Source of the DNA: Andalucia godoyi And28
Taxonomy: Eukaryota; Protista; Jakobida
Reading direction: 5' to 3'
DNA length: 64,000 nt
NCBI GenBank assembly: GCA_009859145.1
Contig: VRVR01000059.1
Location: forward strand, 3,145-67,144
The position numbers and the translations under genes are program-made. Below are positions 53,155 to 64,000 of this stretch, piece by piece. Below the pieces are notes generated by a model. That model was not told where the DNA came from and ran no database searches. It worked only from the letters and a program-made list of their open reading frames with translations. The number at the start of each line of letters is the position of its first letter. Positions within the stretch are counted from its first letter, which is position 1.

Positions 53155-53360
53155 CGTTCGTAAAGGATGGAAGTTGGGAACCAGTCTGTTTTCCTCCCAC
53201 CACAACCTTGGGCACCTTCCGACTTTCGTGGTCTCCTTCTCTGATGCTCTCTCTCTCTCTCTCTCTCTCTCCCCGTCACACACACACATACACACACATT
53301 CTTTCTTTCTTTCCAGTTCCAACAATTGTCGCAGATAAAGGACAAGTTCTTCTTTCGAGG

Positions 53361-55637
53361 ATGTCATCGTCTCCTGCTGCACAGCGAAGAAAATCGACTG
53401 GGACAACCGTGGTGCCGCAGCACGCGGTGTCTGCACAAGGGCAACCCAACCAAGTTTTGATCGGCCGCAACCAGTATCCACAGGAAGAAGGCGAGCCCGT
53501 TGCGTTCGACGAGACTGAGGATGCTGGCCTCTTAGATTTTCTCAACACTGTGCTCCCTCATGAGGATGTCCATCTGTCAGACGACCAGATCCAGGCTTTG
53601 TTTCGTGCGCGTTGCGAAGACCAAGGAATTGCTGTGAATCTCGACCGACTTGGTCGATTTCGGGATTTCTTGGTGAAGTCGTGTGCTGGACTCTTGTTTT
53701 CTGCGCGCGAAGCAGGACTTGGTGAGCGATCCTGCGTTGTTCTGGCAAAAATTTTCAAATCGAATTCCAACTACTCTCAGCTCGATCTTTCGGGAAACCG
53801 CCTTCATGATGAGGGTGCCGTGTATATATCATCGCTTCTTGCATCCCCGACTTGCCACATCGTTCGACTGGCAGTAGGAAATTGCGAAATCTCAAAACGA
53901 GGCGTGTCGTCGATTTTTGAGCCGTTGATTTCGACGAATGTCACTCTGACGAGTCTTGATATCCATCGCAATCACATGGGCCAGAAGTCCTGTGAGTTGC
54001 TTGGTACGATCCTTGCTGAAAATCAGGTGCTCTACGATTTGAATGTAGCGTCTACTGGGTTTGGCCCTGATGGAATGCGCGAGATTGCGCTCGGCCTTGG
54101 GATGAACTCGACACTTCGCATACTGAATCTTGCTGCGAACTCCATTGGGGCAGAGGGAATCCGCCACTTTGTTCAGCATTGCATGGCGATTGTGGGGGCC
54201 ACGTCATCGTTCAGCAGTGGCGATGCGCTTCGATCCGTTCCAATGAACACTTCTCGGTTTGCCGTGACGCGGCTCAACCTTGCTCGAAATAACCTTGGTG
54301 ATCGCGGCATGAGCATCCTTTGTCGTGCACTGGTCGACACACGAGGAAAGCACCCGCTTCAAGAGCTTGACCTCTCCGAAAACGGATTCACGACGGAGGG
54401 CTTCAGCGCGCTTTCCAACCTTATTCGGCAAGACCATGTTATTCAGGTACTCTCCGTTTCGCGCAACGTTTGGACTGCGCAGGTTTCGGCTTCGGAGTTC
54501 GCAGATGCTCTTGCGTCGAATGGAACCATTACTCGTATTTCACTGTCCCAGTGCAAAATCTATGACGAGGCCGGATCGATGATCTTGGAGGCTTGTTCAA
54601 GAATGAGTTCTCTGCAGCTGCTGGATGTCAGTCAGAACTATCTTGGCGACGAATCAGGGAAAATGCTAGCGAAATGCATCTTTGCGTCTGTTGGTTCTTC
54701 TGCGAATTCCTCTCTCGCTCCAATGCGATATGGATCTGCTGCACTTGCTCCTACATTGGGTGTGAAAGGAACGATCGCCCGCATTGTTGCCGACAAGAAC
54801 CGCATTGGTGATGCCGGAGGGTTTGCAATCGCGGAAGCGCTGAAAGGGAACCGGGATACATTCCTCTCGCTCCGGATGAGCAACAACAAGATTCGGGATG
54901 CCGGCGAATTGATTGCAACTGTTCTTTCCGAGAAGAACGAGTATGTCCGAGACGCCGATTTCTCGATGAACGAAATGAAGTATGAGCATATCATCGCCAT
55001 CCAGCAAGCTGTTGCTCGGAATCTCGTTCGACACAAAAATTCAAAGACGGAACGACTGCAAAACCAGATTTCGTCTCTGGCGTACCAAGAAGACCACCTC
55101 ACAATGACGTCCAAAATGTGCGAGGAGGAACGGGTCCGGTTGGAACGTGCCAGACAGACGGTGATTGTCAGAAAGGAAGAACTCGAAGTGCTAAAGACTG
55201 CGATGGATCAAGAGAAGAAGCATCTGGAGGGGTTGCAGAAGGATGCCGTGAACGAGCGTCTTGACAAGGAAACGCGTCTTGAGGACCTGAATCGAGAGAT
55301 CAGCATCATCAAGGCCAACGGAGAAACCAAACAAGCGATGGTGGTGGCTCGTATTGAAAACGAAACCAAGAAGAGAGCTGCAATTGCGAAGAGCACAAAG
55401 AGGAAAGAACAGGACCTGGAAGAGGAGAGGAGAAAGCAAGAAGAGGACGTCAAGCCGTTGAAAGAGCAGGTGGAGAAGACCAAGAGACGAGCGTTGATGG
55501 CAGAAAAGGAGCTGAAGGAGGAACAGTCGTCGCTGGCAGAGTACGTTGACACTTGGAAATTGGATGCGACGCATTTTGACGCTGTGGTCCATGAGCCAAA
55601 GTACGATCCACAGGCGGCTGCCAGCAGCACCGTGTGA
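53361..55637 (+). CDS. RNase-inhibitor-type LRR protein with long C-terminal coiled coil
   Basis: LDLSGNRLHDEG, LNLAANSIGAEG, LNLARNNLGDRG, LDLSENGF repeats followed by an E/K/R-rich heptad region. Start MSSSPAAQ at 53361. Confidence 0.88.
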   Translation: MSSSPAAQRRKSTGTTVVPQHAVSAQGQPNQVLIGRNQYPQEEGEPVAFDETEDAGLLDFLNTVLPHEDVHLSDDQIQALFRARCEDQGIAVNLDRLGRFRDFLVKSCAGLLFSAREAGLGERSCVVLAKIFKSNSNYSQLDLSGNRLHDEGAVYISSLLASPTCHIVRLAVGNCEISKRGVSSIFEPLISTNVTLTSLDIHRNHMGQKSCELLGTILAENQVLYDLNVASTGFGPDGMREIALGLGMNSTLRILNLAANSIGAEGIRHFVQHCMAIVGATSSFSSGDALRSVPMNTSRFAVTRLNLARNNLGDRGMSILCRALVDTRGKHPLQELDLSENGFTTEGFSALSNLIRQDHVIQVLSVSRNVWTAQVSASEFADALASNGTITRISLSQCKIYDEAGSMILEACSRMSSLQLLDVSQNYLGDESGKMLAKCIFASVGSSANSSLAPMRYGSAALAPTLGVKGTIARIVADKNRIGDAGGFAIAEALKGNRDTFLSLRMSNNKIRDAGELIATVLSEKNEYVRDADFSMNEMKYEHIIAIQQAVARNLVRHKNSKTERLQNQISSLAYQEDHLTMTSKMCEEERVRLERARQTVIVRKEELEVLKTAMDQEKKHLEGLQKDAVNERLDKETRLEDLNREISIIKANGETKQAMVVARIENETKKRAAIAKSTKRKEQDLEEERRKQEEDVKPLKEQVEKTKRRALMAEKELKEEQSSLAEYVDTWKLDATHFDAVVHEPKYDPQAAASSTV

Positions 55638-56252
55638 TCCCCATCCATCATGTTCCCAGTTGATTTATTATTATTATTACTATTTATTATTTTTTCTTAT
55701 TGTTGTTGCTGTTATTTATCATCCGTCTTGAATTCTTGCGTTTGTTGCAACAACCAATGGATTCGGGAATGAGTTTTGTTGTTGAATCTATCATATGTGG
55801 GCGGTTGCTGTGCTGCGGGTCGGCCGGGATTTGTAAAGCATGATCTTTTTCTTTTTTTTCTTTCTCAAAATCGAAGAACCCATATGTATCTTGTTCGATA
55901 TGATATGATTTCCAAGGAGCATGAACATCGTCACAGTGCCCCCCTCGATCAGTAGCCAGAACACGCCGTACGCTCACTGTCTACAGGGTGTAAATAATAC
56001 TGTCCGTTGGCGTTTTGCGGTGAACGTCGAACGTCGAACGATTGTACTCGACGACCCCTCCGAAAGATGTTGCATAGAATTGACGCTTGCCCCCGAACGC
56101 CGACACCGGAGTTCGGGACACCCTTCAAAACAAAAACAAAACAAAAAACTGGTCCTTTCTCCGCAGTCTACAGACAAGTCAAAACACTCAGCGGTATACG
56201 GGGAAAAGAAAGAACGGAGAAGAGGAAGAGGAAGTGACAAGTGGTGTGAGAG

Positions 56253-57098
56253 ATGTCAAAGATTGCTGCGTCGTGGGATGCTGCTCAGTATCTGCTGCAC
56301 AATGACTTGCGATCGCGGCCTGCAGTCGACCTCTTGCAGCGCGCAATGTCCGTTATGAAGTCGAAGCCTGCGGTTACGACGCCGGTCTCGCAAGTGCAGA
56401 TTGTGGATCTAGGATGTGGACCGGGGAATTCGACGCGCATTATCGCGTCTGCATTTCCGAGTGCGACGATCACGGGAATCGACAGTGCCAACGACATGCT
56501 TGACAAGGCCAATCGCGACACGTCCGCGAGCGAGTACCCCAATATACGCTTTCAGAACCAAGATCTCACGCACTGGGTACCACGCGAGCAGCAAGACTTG
56601 ATATTCTCCAACGCGCTATATCAGTGGGTCGCAAACCACGATCAGCTTTTCCCGGCTCTTGCAGCTGCGCTAAAGCCGCAAACTGGAGTGCTGGCGATCC
56701 AAATGCCGCGCAATTTCCAAGCTCCATCGCATGTGCTGCTTCGTAAGCTTGCTGGGGATGCGTCGGAGCCTTGGGAGCCCCTGCTGCGTGGACGGCTTCC
56801 AGAAAACCCAGTTGCAGACCCTGTGGACTACTACGCAATGTTGGCGGGGCTGTGTGCAAAAGTCGACATCTGGGAGACCGAGTACCTGCAGGTGCTGAAG
56901 GGGGAGAATCCGGTACTCGAATGGGTCAAAGGAACAGCACTCGTTCCTGTGCGCGCTGCCCTCCAACAAGACCCGGATCTCTTTGCGCGGTTTGAAGCCA
57001 AGTATGCAAGTGCGCTGCGAGACGCATATCCAGTGCGTCCCGACGGTACAACACTCTTTCCTTTCAGGCGCATCTTTATCGTCGCTCTCGCAAAGTAG
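56253..57098 (+). CDS. tam: Trans-aconitate 2-methyltransferase, bacterial-type
   Basis: WDAAQY...RSRPAVDLL, VDLGCGPGNST, DLIFSNALYQW, LAIQMPRNFQAPSH, LEWVKGTAL, TLFPFRRIFIVA. Confidence 0.93.
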   Translation: MSKIAASWDAAQYLLHNDLRSRPAVDLLQRAMSVMKSKPAVTTPVSQVQIVDLGCGPGNSTRIIASAFPSATITGIDSANDMLDKANRDTSASEYPNIRFQNQDLTHWVPREQQDLIFSNALYQWVANHDQLFPALAAALKPQTGVLAIQMPRNFQAPSHVLLRKLAGDASEPWEPLLRGRLPENPVADPVDYYAMLAGLCAKVDIWETEYLQVLKGENPVLEWVKGTALVPVRAALQQDPDLFARFEAKYASALRDAYPVRPDGTTLFPFRRIFIVALAK

Positions 57099-57324
57099 GC
57101 GCAGTACCATTGCCATTTTGATGACCCCGGCACTCGTGCTTACCTTCCAGCTACCGGCCGGTAGTTCTCACAAGCCATCGATTTTTTGTACACCGTAGTT
57201 AGACGGTATAGTATAGTGAAGTCAGAGCTCAAAAGTGCAGCGACGTTTCTCCCAGTCTTCCTTGTTTTCTTCTTATTTTGCATTTCCTTGAATCTTGCTG
57301 GGCTGGTTGCTTTTCGGTCGGCGT

Positions 57325-57786
57325 ATGCAATGGGCTCCGGTGCGTCGAGCGTGTCCGTATGGGGAGTCGGACGCTCCAGACCGAAAGGCCCGTGTTCCCG
57401 AGCACATTGAAGAAATTCCCGTTGATGCAGATTCTGGGGCAACCGGGCCCGAGTGCATGATGGACTCTGAGGAAGAGGGCAGCGTTCGTCTCCACAGTTC
57501 AGTCGACTCTTCGCAGCACGCCGCTTCTCCTTCGGCGGATCCACGCGCTCCCGCTCCCGCCCTCCGCCTGTTGTCCCCGAACGATCCGCCGGCTATTGGG
57601 GAGTCATCTACAGTGGAATGTGCGAAAGAGGAATGCGGACTGTTCTTTGCAAGCGAGTGGGAAATGGAACTGCACTACGAAGCGGCTCATCGATTCCAAT
57701 GCGCCATGTGCTCTCAGTCGTTCGCCAGCGCGCAGCACTTATCCGATCATTTGCTGTTGTACGGCCTGCATTCTCGGCGGTCGTAG
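57325..57786 (+). CDS. C2H2 zinc-finger protein (ZNF511-like), possibly truncated or split
   Basis: CAKEECGLFFASEWEMELHYEAAHRFQCAMCSQSFASAQHLSDHLL matches the paired fingers of ZNF511-like proteins. Confidence 0.65.
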   Translation: MQWAPVRRACPYGESDAPDRKARVPEHIEEIPVDADSGATGPECMMDSEEEGSVRLHSSVDSSQHAASPSADPRAPAPALRLLSPNDPPAIGESSTVECAKEECGLFFASEWEMELHYEAAHRFQCAMCSQSFASAQHLSDHLLLYGLHSRRS

Positions 57787-58234
57787 TAAAAAGCTCTGAC
57801 ACTCTTTCCCGACACTCTGACATCCCGAGTGACATGCACCCCTGCCACGTGGTGCTACGTGCTACACAAAATGTCCATTGTGTAGACTGACTTTCCACTC
57901 CAGTCCAAACAAAAGTCAGCCACTGCTGTGTCACTTCCCTCCTTCTTTTTCCTTTTGTCTCTCCACCACCAACAAAAAAAGTGTCATCCGGTCATTGGCT
58001 TACACTTACTTAACGTCAGTCCAATTCTTTTCAAGTCAGAGTGTCTCCAATACTCCGACTTGCTCTTTGTGATTCGACTCTTCGATCGCTTTTCTTCCTT
58101 TCTTTTTGAATTTTCTTTCGAATCTGTATTCTTTCTCTTCTTATCAGTCTCTGGTATTAAATATCCCCCTTTTTTAATTTTAAATTTGACATTTTTTCAG
58201 CTCGTATTGGTTTGTTGGAGAAGAAACATCAAGA

Positions 58235-58846
58235 ATGAATTCCGAGTACGACTTTCTGTTCAAGCTTCTTTTGATTGGAGATTCTGGAGTTGGTAAGTCG
58301 TGCCTTTTGCTTCGGTTTGCGGACGACACGTACACGGAATCTTACATATCGACTATTGGAGTGGATTTTAAGATCCGGACGATTGAGCTGGATGGAAAGA
58401 CCATCAAGCTTCAGATCTGGGACACTGCGGGCCAGGAGCGGTTCCGGACGATTACGTCGTCGTACTATCGTGGGGCGCACGGCATTATTGTGGTGTACGA
58501 TGTTACGGATGCAGAGTCGTTTGAGAACGTCAAGGACTGGTTGTCTGAGATTGAGCGGTATGCGACGGAAAACGTGAACAAGCTGCTTGTGGGAAACAAG
58601 TGCGATTTGGAGTCCAAGCGTGCAGTCTCGACAGAAACGGCAAAGGAACAGGCGGACCAGATGTCAATTCCTTTCTTGGAGACGTCTGCAAAGACTGCGC
58701 ATAATGTGGAGCAGGCCTTCATCACCATGGCACGGGACATCAAGGAACGCATCCAACAGGCGCCGCCCCCAACAACCGCTGGAAAGGGTCCAAAGGTCAA
58801 CGTCGGTGCAAACACCCAATCGGTCAACAAGAAGGGCTGCTGCTAA
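58235..58846 (+). CDS. RAB1: Rab1 GTPase
   Basis: [50 protein letters not shown]-terminal CC. Confidence 0.98.
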   Translation: MNSEYDFLFKLLLIGDSGVGKSCLLLRFADDTYTESYISTIGVDFKIRTIELDGKTIKLQIWDTAGQERFRTITSSYYRGAHGIIVVYDVTDAESFENVKDWLSEIERYATENVNKLLVGNKCDLESKRAVSTETAKEQADQMSIPFLETSAKTAHNVEQAFITMARDIKERIQQAPPPTTAGKGPKVNVGANTQSVNKKGCC

Positions 58847-59354
58847 TCTGGTTGATTGGTATAAGTCTTCTTCCCTTGGGCTTCACACAACAATGATTCC
58901 TCTCTCTCCTTCCGTCTCCGTCTGTGTTTTTTTTTCTGTCGTTGTCCACGTCTTCTTCCTCCTCCTGCTTTGGCTATCGCCATCTGCTTATTCTCTGTTA
59001 TCCTTTTGGTGTTTTCTTTTGGTTGCTGTTTTGTTGCGCTGTTTTGTTAATTCTTCTTCTCAATGGCTGCCAAGAGAAAGATGAAAGGGCTGTGATAAAT
59101 AATACTCATCTTTTATGCAGTTTCTCGTTCATTCTGTGTATGTGTGTGTGTGTGTGTGTGTGTGTTATCTTTTGCAACTGTCAACGACGCGCATGCACTC
59201 CTCTTTATTCTTCTCGCTCTCTTTCTTCCTTCCTTTCTTTTTCTTTCTTCTTCTTTCTTCTTCTTTCTTTTCTTCTCTTTTCTTTTCTTTTTTTCCTTCT
59301 TCATTTCCTTTTCTTTCTTCTTCCCTTCATTCTTCTGTTCGTTAATAGAGCCTC

Positions 59355-62300
59355 CTATGACTTGGAACCTCGCAGAGCTTCTAACTGCTGCGAAAACAAA
59401 GCAGCGTCCTCGCCCATGTTGGCCGAGGGCACACGGCGATGCTGGCTTCGCTCTGCTGCAGATGCCGGGGTGCCTCCAGCTGCTGGAACAGCTGGCCGTG
59501 CCGGGGTCTTTGGGGTTTCTGAATAAAACTTTCGGTTCATGTACTTGTCTCGCACAAATCGCTGCATCTCCGCCATATCCTGCTGCGGAGACGGGCGCTT
59601 GTCACGGAGATTTGCTTCGTAGCGCGAATTCACGCGCACATTCCCATGACTGGCCATGAATGCGATGGTTTCGGGAGCCCAGAAATCCAGAGTCACGGAG
59701 CGGACTTTGGAAATGTGGACGCCAAGATTGCGGTGCAGGCCGGCACACGCGTGGCAAACAAATACACCAATATTGATCGATGCCCACCGTGGATTGCGAG
59801 CTCCACAATCGGCACAAAATTCATTGCCCTTCACCTTCAAGACGTCATCCAGTGACATGTTCGACTTCTCATCGCGATGCACAGAAACATCCTCCACCGT
59901 GTCGAACGATGCGTCTTCCTCCTCCTCTAAGCGGTGAGATGAAGACGATGACGAAATCATGTTGGTGCCGGTTCTCTCATCATCGTCGTCATCATCATTG
60001 TCGTCGTCATCATCGTCTTTTGCCATGTAGGACGGAGACCCCGCGGTGTTGGACAGCGACGTTGACGAAGAGGAGGATTTGATGGACGTCAGCGTGTCAT
60101 CCAGAGAGGGCAGGAAGACACGCGACTGGTACTGCGATGAATCGTCCACTTGCTTCCAAAAGTCCAAAACTTGCTTTCGGTATGCGGAGTTCGTCGGATG
60201 TCGGCAAAGCGTCTCGTACACTTCCCCGACAAGCAGAGGGATGACTCCATACTGTGCATATCCATCAAAGCACAGTCGCCACAAAAAGTTGGAGTACTTC
60301 ATGACCGCATCATCTTGCTCGTCCGTGTAGTCCCGAGTCGAGGACTGCTCCCAGCCCGCGAAAGCAAACGTCGGAGACCACACTTTCGCCATCAGGAAAT
60401 GCGCATACACAAACACCAGCAACTCACCTTCGTCAGCCTGATCTCGCTGTTGATCTGCGATTTGCTTGAACGCAAGAGCAGTGCTCAGTGGATTGCGAGG
60501 CAAGCTATCAAAAAGCTTCTTCGCATCCGGAAATCCAGACAAGACGCGGAACGTGGGCTTCCAACGCGCTGCAATCGCAGCCAGCGGCGGCCCAAATTCT
60601 GCTGCGCGGGCGCGCATACCGTTTCTGAATTCAGGTACCGGACCATTCAAAATGCAATGATGAAGAGTAATGAGAACCTTCAGCGCAACAATGGCAGATT
60701 TGAGAACTGGTCGCGACAACAAGATGGCCTGAGCATAAGAGACGATGGGCGAGGAATCGCCACGTTGGCGCACGGACTCAAAAATGTCCACCAAGATGCG
60801 GCGGACGTACTTGTGCTTGGGAGCAGTTGGCAACCGCGAAGTTGCCTTGATAATCCATCCCTTGGACTTCGAAGAAATAGAATATGACGGCAGATCCTTC
60901 ATATAATACGAGAGTTTGCTCTTTGCCGCAAGAAGCTTCGATGCGAAGAAACCTTGGCTTTGGGTGGCGGGATACGGAGAATGCGAAGGGGAGTTGTTTG
61001 ACGATCCACCAAACAGGGACAGCCCCTCGTTGTGAGAACCCGAGGGGCTAACCCCAAAAAAAGAATCCATGTCGGTTCCTCCATGTGCTGCAGGGGATTC
61101 GACAGGAATGTCAAGAATCGAGAATGACGACTCTGACGCTCTTTTGGGTTTTGTGTTTGCAGAGGCAGCAGCAGGGAAACCAGCAGATGCGGGCGCGGGT
61201 GCAGGAGATCGCAACTCGGATCCAGAAAAAGCACCAGAAGCGGACTGCGTGCGCTTATGCGAAGCTGCTGCGCTGCTGCGTCCGCTTGTAGAGTTGTTGC
61301 CGCTACTTCCAGTAAACGCAGGATTCGGCGGAGACAGAGAACTAGAGGAAGCGATTTCAAAAAGATCAACTGACGACGCCGCCTTGTGAGACGACGAGCC
61401 AAATGCAAGAGTTTGAGAATTGTCACTAGCTGCGGAATCCCCTGCAACCCAATCGAGCTGAGAGAAGAGCGCGCTGGAGCCTGCAGCCGCTGGTGCGGAG
61501 GACCTCGTCTTCGACGCTGAACCGCCAGCTGGGGTCGAGACGGTCATCGCAGGAGCTGGAAGAGTCGCTCGAGCCGGGGTTTGGCCTGCCTTGGGAGGCT
61601 TGGCAGGCGTCGCAAATGCAGAGGCGCCGGGGCCAGGAGCCTTGGGAGAGGCAATTTCAAATAACGGATCTGGAACAGTTTCTGCGGCAAAAGGGCTCGA
61701 CCCTTCTGAACTGAACGCATCAAACTGTGCCCACCCACCAGGAGTCTGCTGGTGATCAGGTCCAGCTGTCGGGGCGGGGGCTGTAGAAGTAAAGAAGTCC
61801 AGGCTGGAATCCGATCCAGAATTGTGAGAGGAACCACCAAAACTGCCACTGTTGCCAAAGCCATTCTTCGCATTTGCAGGGGATGACGGATTCGACAAAT
61901 TCATTCCGTCGAAATTAGCCTCAAACTCCACAGGCTCCAAAGGCGCTGCCGAAGCGATGGTGGGTGCGCTCGAAGTCCCCTTCGTAACCCCGCCGTCCGT
62001 TCCATACCAATCCACCATCCCAAACAATCCCCCACCCCCGGCAGCAGCAGCAGTAGCGGTAGCGGTAGCAGCTGAACCTGCAGCGGGCTTCTTGGCTCCT
62101 TTGCCTCCTTTTCCTCCTTTTGCTCCCTTCTTTGCTGCCCTTTCCTCTTCAACAATTTCATTGTACGTCTTCAGATTATAAAATTGCAGCTGGGTTTTGT
62201 ACTTCCCCGGGCGCACTTTCAACGGATATGCGACCTGACGCAGCTGGCACACCTGCTCTAGGACCCAGAAAGTATCTGGTCGCTCGACAGGATCTGCGAT

Positions 62301-63152
62301 AAAGATCTTGGAAATGAGGTCCTTGACTCGCTGCGAATACTGCGGGAACGGTGGAAAGTCGTACTTGACATTAATGATCTGAAGAGCGCCATTATCCTCA
62401 AAGGGCGTCTTGTAGTAGCACAACTTGTACAGAATGCACCCGAGCGCCCAGACATCCACTTTTTCGTACACCGGCATGCGTGCATACAAATCACACTGCT
62501 CGGGAGCACGGTAGGCCATTGTTGTGTTTCTTCCAATGTCTGCTTCCGCCTCCTGCAATTCTTCCTTTGTAACCAGAGTGTATGGCTTTGTCGTACATGA
62601 GCCAAAGTCACACAGCTTGTACAGCAAATCGCCTTCTCCGGCAGCAGAAGCCGGATGTGACAACAGAATATTTTCAACTTTCAGATCCCGATGTGCAATA
62701 GGCGGCTCACATGAATGTAGCATTGCAACAGATAAGCAGACATCATAAAAGATCCGGAATATCTCGCCTTCCGTGAACCGTCGCTGTCTCCTCTCGTTCA
62801 TGTAGTTCACGAGATGCGACCCGGATGCATATTCCATCAAAATCCACACTTCCTTCGCATTAGAAGGAGGGGGTGCATCCGTGATTTCGTTACCAAAATA
62901 TTCAATCAGGTTCGGATGTTTCGGCAGCACTTCCATGCGCTTGCATTCCAACAATGCAAAATCCAGCGTTTCCTTATTCTGGCACAGAACCTTCTTCAGT
63001 GCATACTGCCGACCAACAGACAGGTCTCGCGCAGTAAACACAAACGAAAACCCACCTTCCGCAACTAACTGCTCAATGCGAAGACGCTTTCCAGCAACTT
63101 CCATCTGCTTCCCAACATAACTGGACGCGGATATCTTGTTTCCGGGAAACAT
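59355..63152 (-). CDS. NAK-family (AAK1/GAK/Ark1-Prk1) kinase fused to ANTH-like and ArfGAP domains
   Basis: VAEGGFSFV, YALK, PIAHRDLKVENIL, LCDFGS, TTMAYRAPEQ; WIIKAT...PKHKYVR...IVALKVLITLH (ANTH); CADCGARNPRWASINIGVFVCHACAGLHRNLGVHISKVRS (ArfGAP). Start MFPGNK at 63152. Confidence 0.92.
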   Translation of the reverse strand: MFPGNKISASSYVGKQMEVAGKRLRIEQLVAEGGFSFVFTARDLSVGRQYALKKVLCQNKETLDFALLECKRMEVLPKHPNLIEYFGNEITDAPPPSNAKEVWILMEYASGSHLVNYMNERRQRRFTEGEIFRIFYDVCLSVAMLHSCEPPIAHRDLKVENILLSHPASAAGEGDLLYKLCDFGSCTTKPYTLVTKEELQEAEADIGRNTTMAYRAPEQCDLYARMPVYEKVDVWALGCILYKLCYYKTPFEDNGALQIINVKYDFPPFPQYSQRVKDLISKIFIADPVERPDTFWVLEQVCQLRQVAYPLKVRPGKYKTQLQFYNLKTYNEIVEEERAAKKGAKGGKGGKGAKKPAAGSAATATATAAAAGGGGLFGMVDWYGTDGGVTKGTSSAPTIASAAPLEPVEFEANFDGMNLSNPSSPANAKNGFGNSGSFGGSSHNSGSDSSLDFFTSTAPAPTAGPDHQQTPGGWAQFDAFSSEGSSPFAAETVPDPLFEIASPKAPGPGASAFATPAKPPKAGQTPARATLPAPAMTVSTPAGGSASKTRSSAPAAAGSSALFSQLDWVAGDSAASDNSQTLAFGSSSHKAASSVDLFEIASSSSLSPPNPAFTGSSGNNSTSGRSSAAASHKRTQSASGAFSGSELRSPAPAPASAGFPAAASANTKPKRASESSFSILDIPVESPAAHGGTDMDSFFGVSPSGSHNEGLSLFGGSSNNSPSHSPYPATQSQGFFASKLLAAKSKLSYYMKDLPSYSISSKSKGWIIKATSRLPTAPKHKYVRRILVDIFESVRQRGDSSPIVSYAQAILLSRPVLKSAIVALKVLITLHHCILNGPVPEFRNGMRARAAEFGPPLAAIAARWKPTFRVLSGFPDAKKLFDSLPRNPLSTALAFKQIADQQRDQADEGELLVFVYAHFLMAKVWSPTFAFAGWEQSSTRDYTDEQDDAVMKYSNFLWRLCFDGYAQYGVIPLLVGEVYETLCRHPTNSAYRKQVLDFWKQVDDSSQYQSRVFLPSLDDTLTSIKSSSSSTSLSNTAGSPSYMAKDDDDDDNDDDDDDERTGTNMISSSSSSHRLEEEEDASFDTVEDVSVHRDEKSNMSLDDVLKVKGNEFCADCGARNPRWASINIGVFVCHACAGLHRNLGVHISKVRSVTLDFWAPETIAFMASHGNVRVNSRYEANLRDKRPSPQQDMAEMQRFVRDKYMNRKFYSETPKTPARPAVPAAGGTPASAAERSQHRRVPSANMGEDAALFSQQLEALRGSKS

Positions 63153-64000
63153 TCCTTCAAAACTTGCTTGTTCCTGCCTGCACCCGTACCCACGCCCGCA
63201 CCCGCACTCAACACACACGCGCACGCACACAAAGCGAAACGAAACGAAACAAAAACAAAAAGCACCACGATCGCAACAACAACAGCAGCAGCAGCAACAA
63301 GTCAGAGACACGCAAACAGGCACGCCGAAAGAATACAAGAGAGAAGTTACGGAAAAGCGAAAGAAGTGGAAAAAAGGTCAGAAAGCCTGAGTCGAATGTG
63401 TGGAAGAGAGAGAGAGAGAGAGAGAGAAGAAGAAGAAGAAGAAGAAGAAGACGACGACGACGACGAAGAAGAAGAAGAAGAAGAAACGGACGAATAGAAA
63501 AGGCCTCAATCGATTGGTTCGCTCGACCAGTGTGGGCTGTGTGTGGGGCTGTGCTTTTTGATACAGGAGAACAGAAAAAGGAGAGAGAGTTGCGACAGTT
63601 TTTTCGCACTGAATCGATATGATACACAGCAGTTTTGTGTAGAATTTTCGTGGAATTTTTTTGAGAGATACTTCAAGGTCCCCAGGACATTGGATTGACG
63701 CAAAGCTTGATACTGGCCGTCGGCTTCCCGCGCATTTTTTTCTCTATAGACTGTTACGAACTCGCCTCTTCTCCCTCCCATCTCTCACCTCCTTTTTGTT
63801 TTAAAGAATGCTTTTTATGGCTGGCGATGTTGCCGAAGATGGTCAAGATGATGATGGAAGCCAGTTTAGTTCTCCTTCTGCAAAAAGGATAAAAACCGTC
63901 AATGACCTTCATGCTGATCTGGTTTCGCACGGCCATGCCTTTTCTTGGCTTCCCAAGAATGTCGTTCGCTATAACTCTGATGCAGCGTTCCTTACCAAAG

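Noticed and set aside
53088-53360. N-terminal extension of the LRR ORF into the Fanzor-derived element
   Set aside because: It starts at a non-ATG codon and crosses microsatellites; an incidental open frame.
55690-56250. Short ORFs between the LRR gene and tam
   Set aside because: No consistent frame or recognisable motif; likely UTR/promoter.
63754-64000. Open minus-strand frame at the right edge
   Set aside because: Too short and featureless to call without the adjacent sequence.

Overview
Gene-dense eukaryotic (protist) nuclear DNA using the standard genetic code, with TAA, TAG and TGA all used as stops. About 30 mostly intron-free CDSs are separated by short AT- and microsatellite-rich spacers. 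The organism cannot be fixed from sequence alone; the style would fit a compact free-living flagellate genome such as a jakobid (inference). Recognisable genes: alkaline ceramidase, bacterial-type transaldolase, AP-3 delta, SWEET, GINS Psf1, maspardin, a CBS-domain protein, a PAP2-like protein, a cyclin, a CDK-like pseudokinase, CRAL-TRIO, a type-2 asparaginase, a synapsin-like ATP-grasp protein, a RING-H2 E3, a RING-kinase-LRR-TM protein, a DOC/cullin-like protein, an LRR/coiled-coil protein, bacterial-type Tam, Rab1 and a NAK kinase-ANTH-ArfGAP fusion. Mobile DNA: two near-identical ~610-bp TIR MITEs, a frameshifted IS630/Tc1 transposase, and, as the main finding, two inverted copies of a ~450-560-bp non-autonomous IS607/Fanzor2 (eukaryotic TnpB) derivative. 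These copies have lost most of the nuclease but keep its N-terminal HTH, its RuvC-III motif and a conserved omegaRNA-like hairpin abutting different flanking 'guide' sequences. A U12 snRNA-like sequence lies at ~40.44-40.58 kb (minus strand). Family assignments are by eye from motifs; no searches were run.
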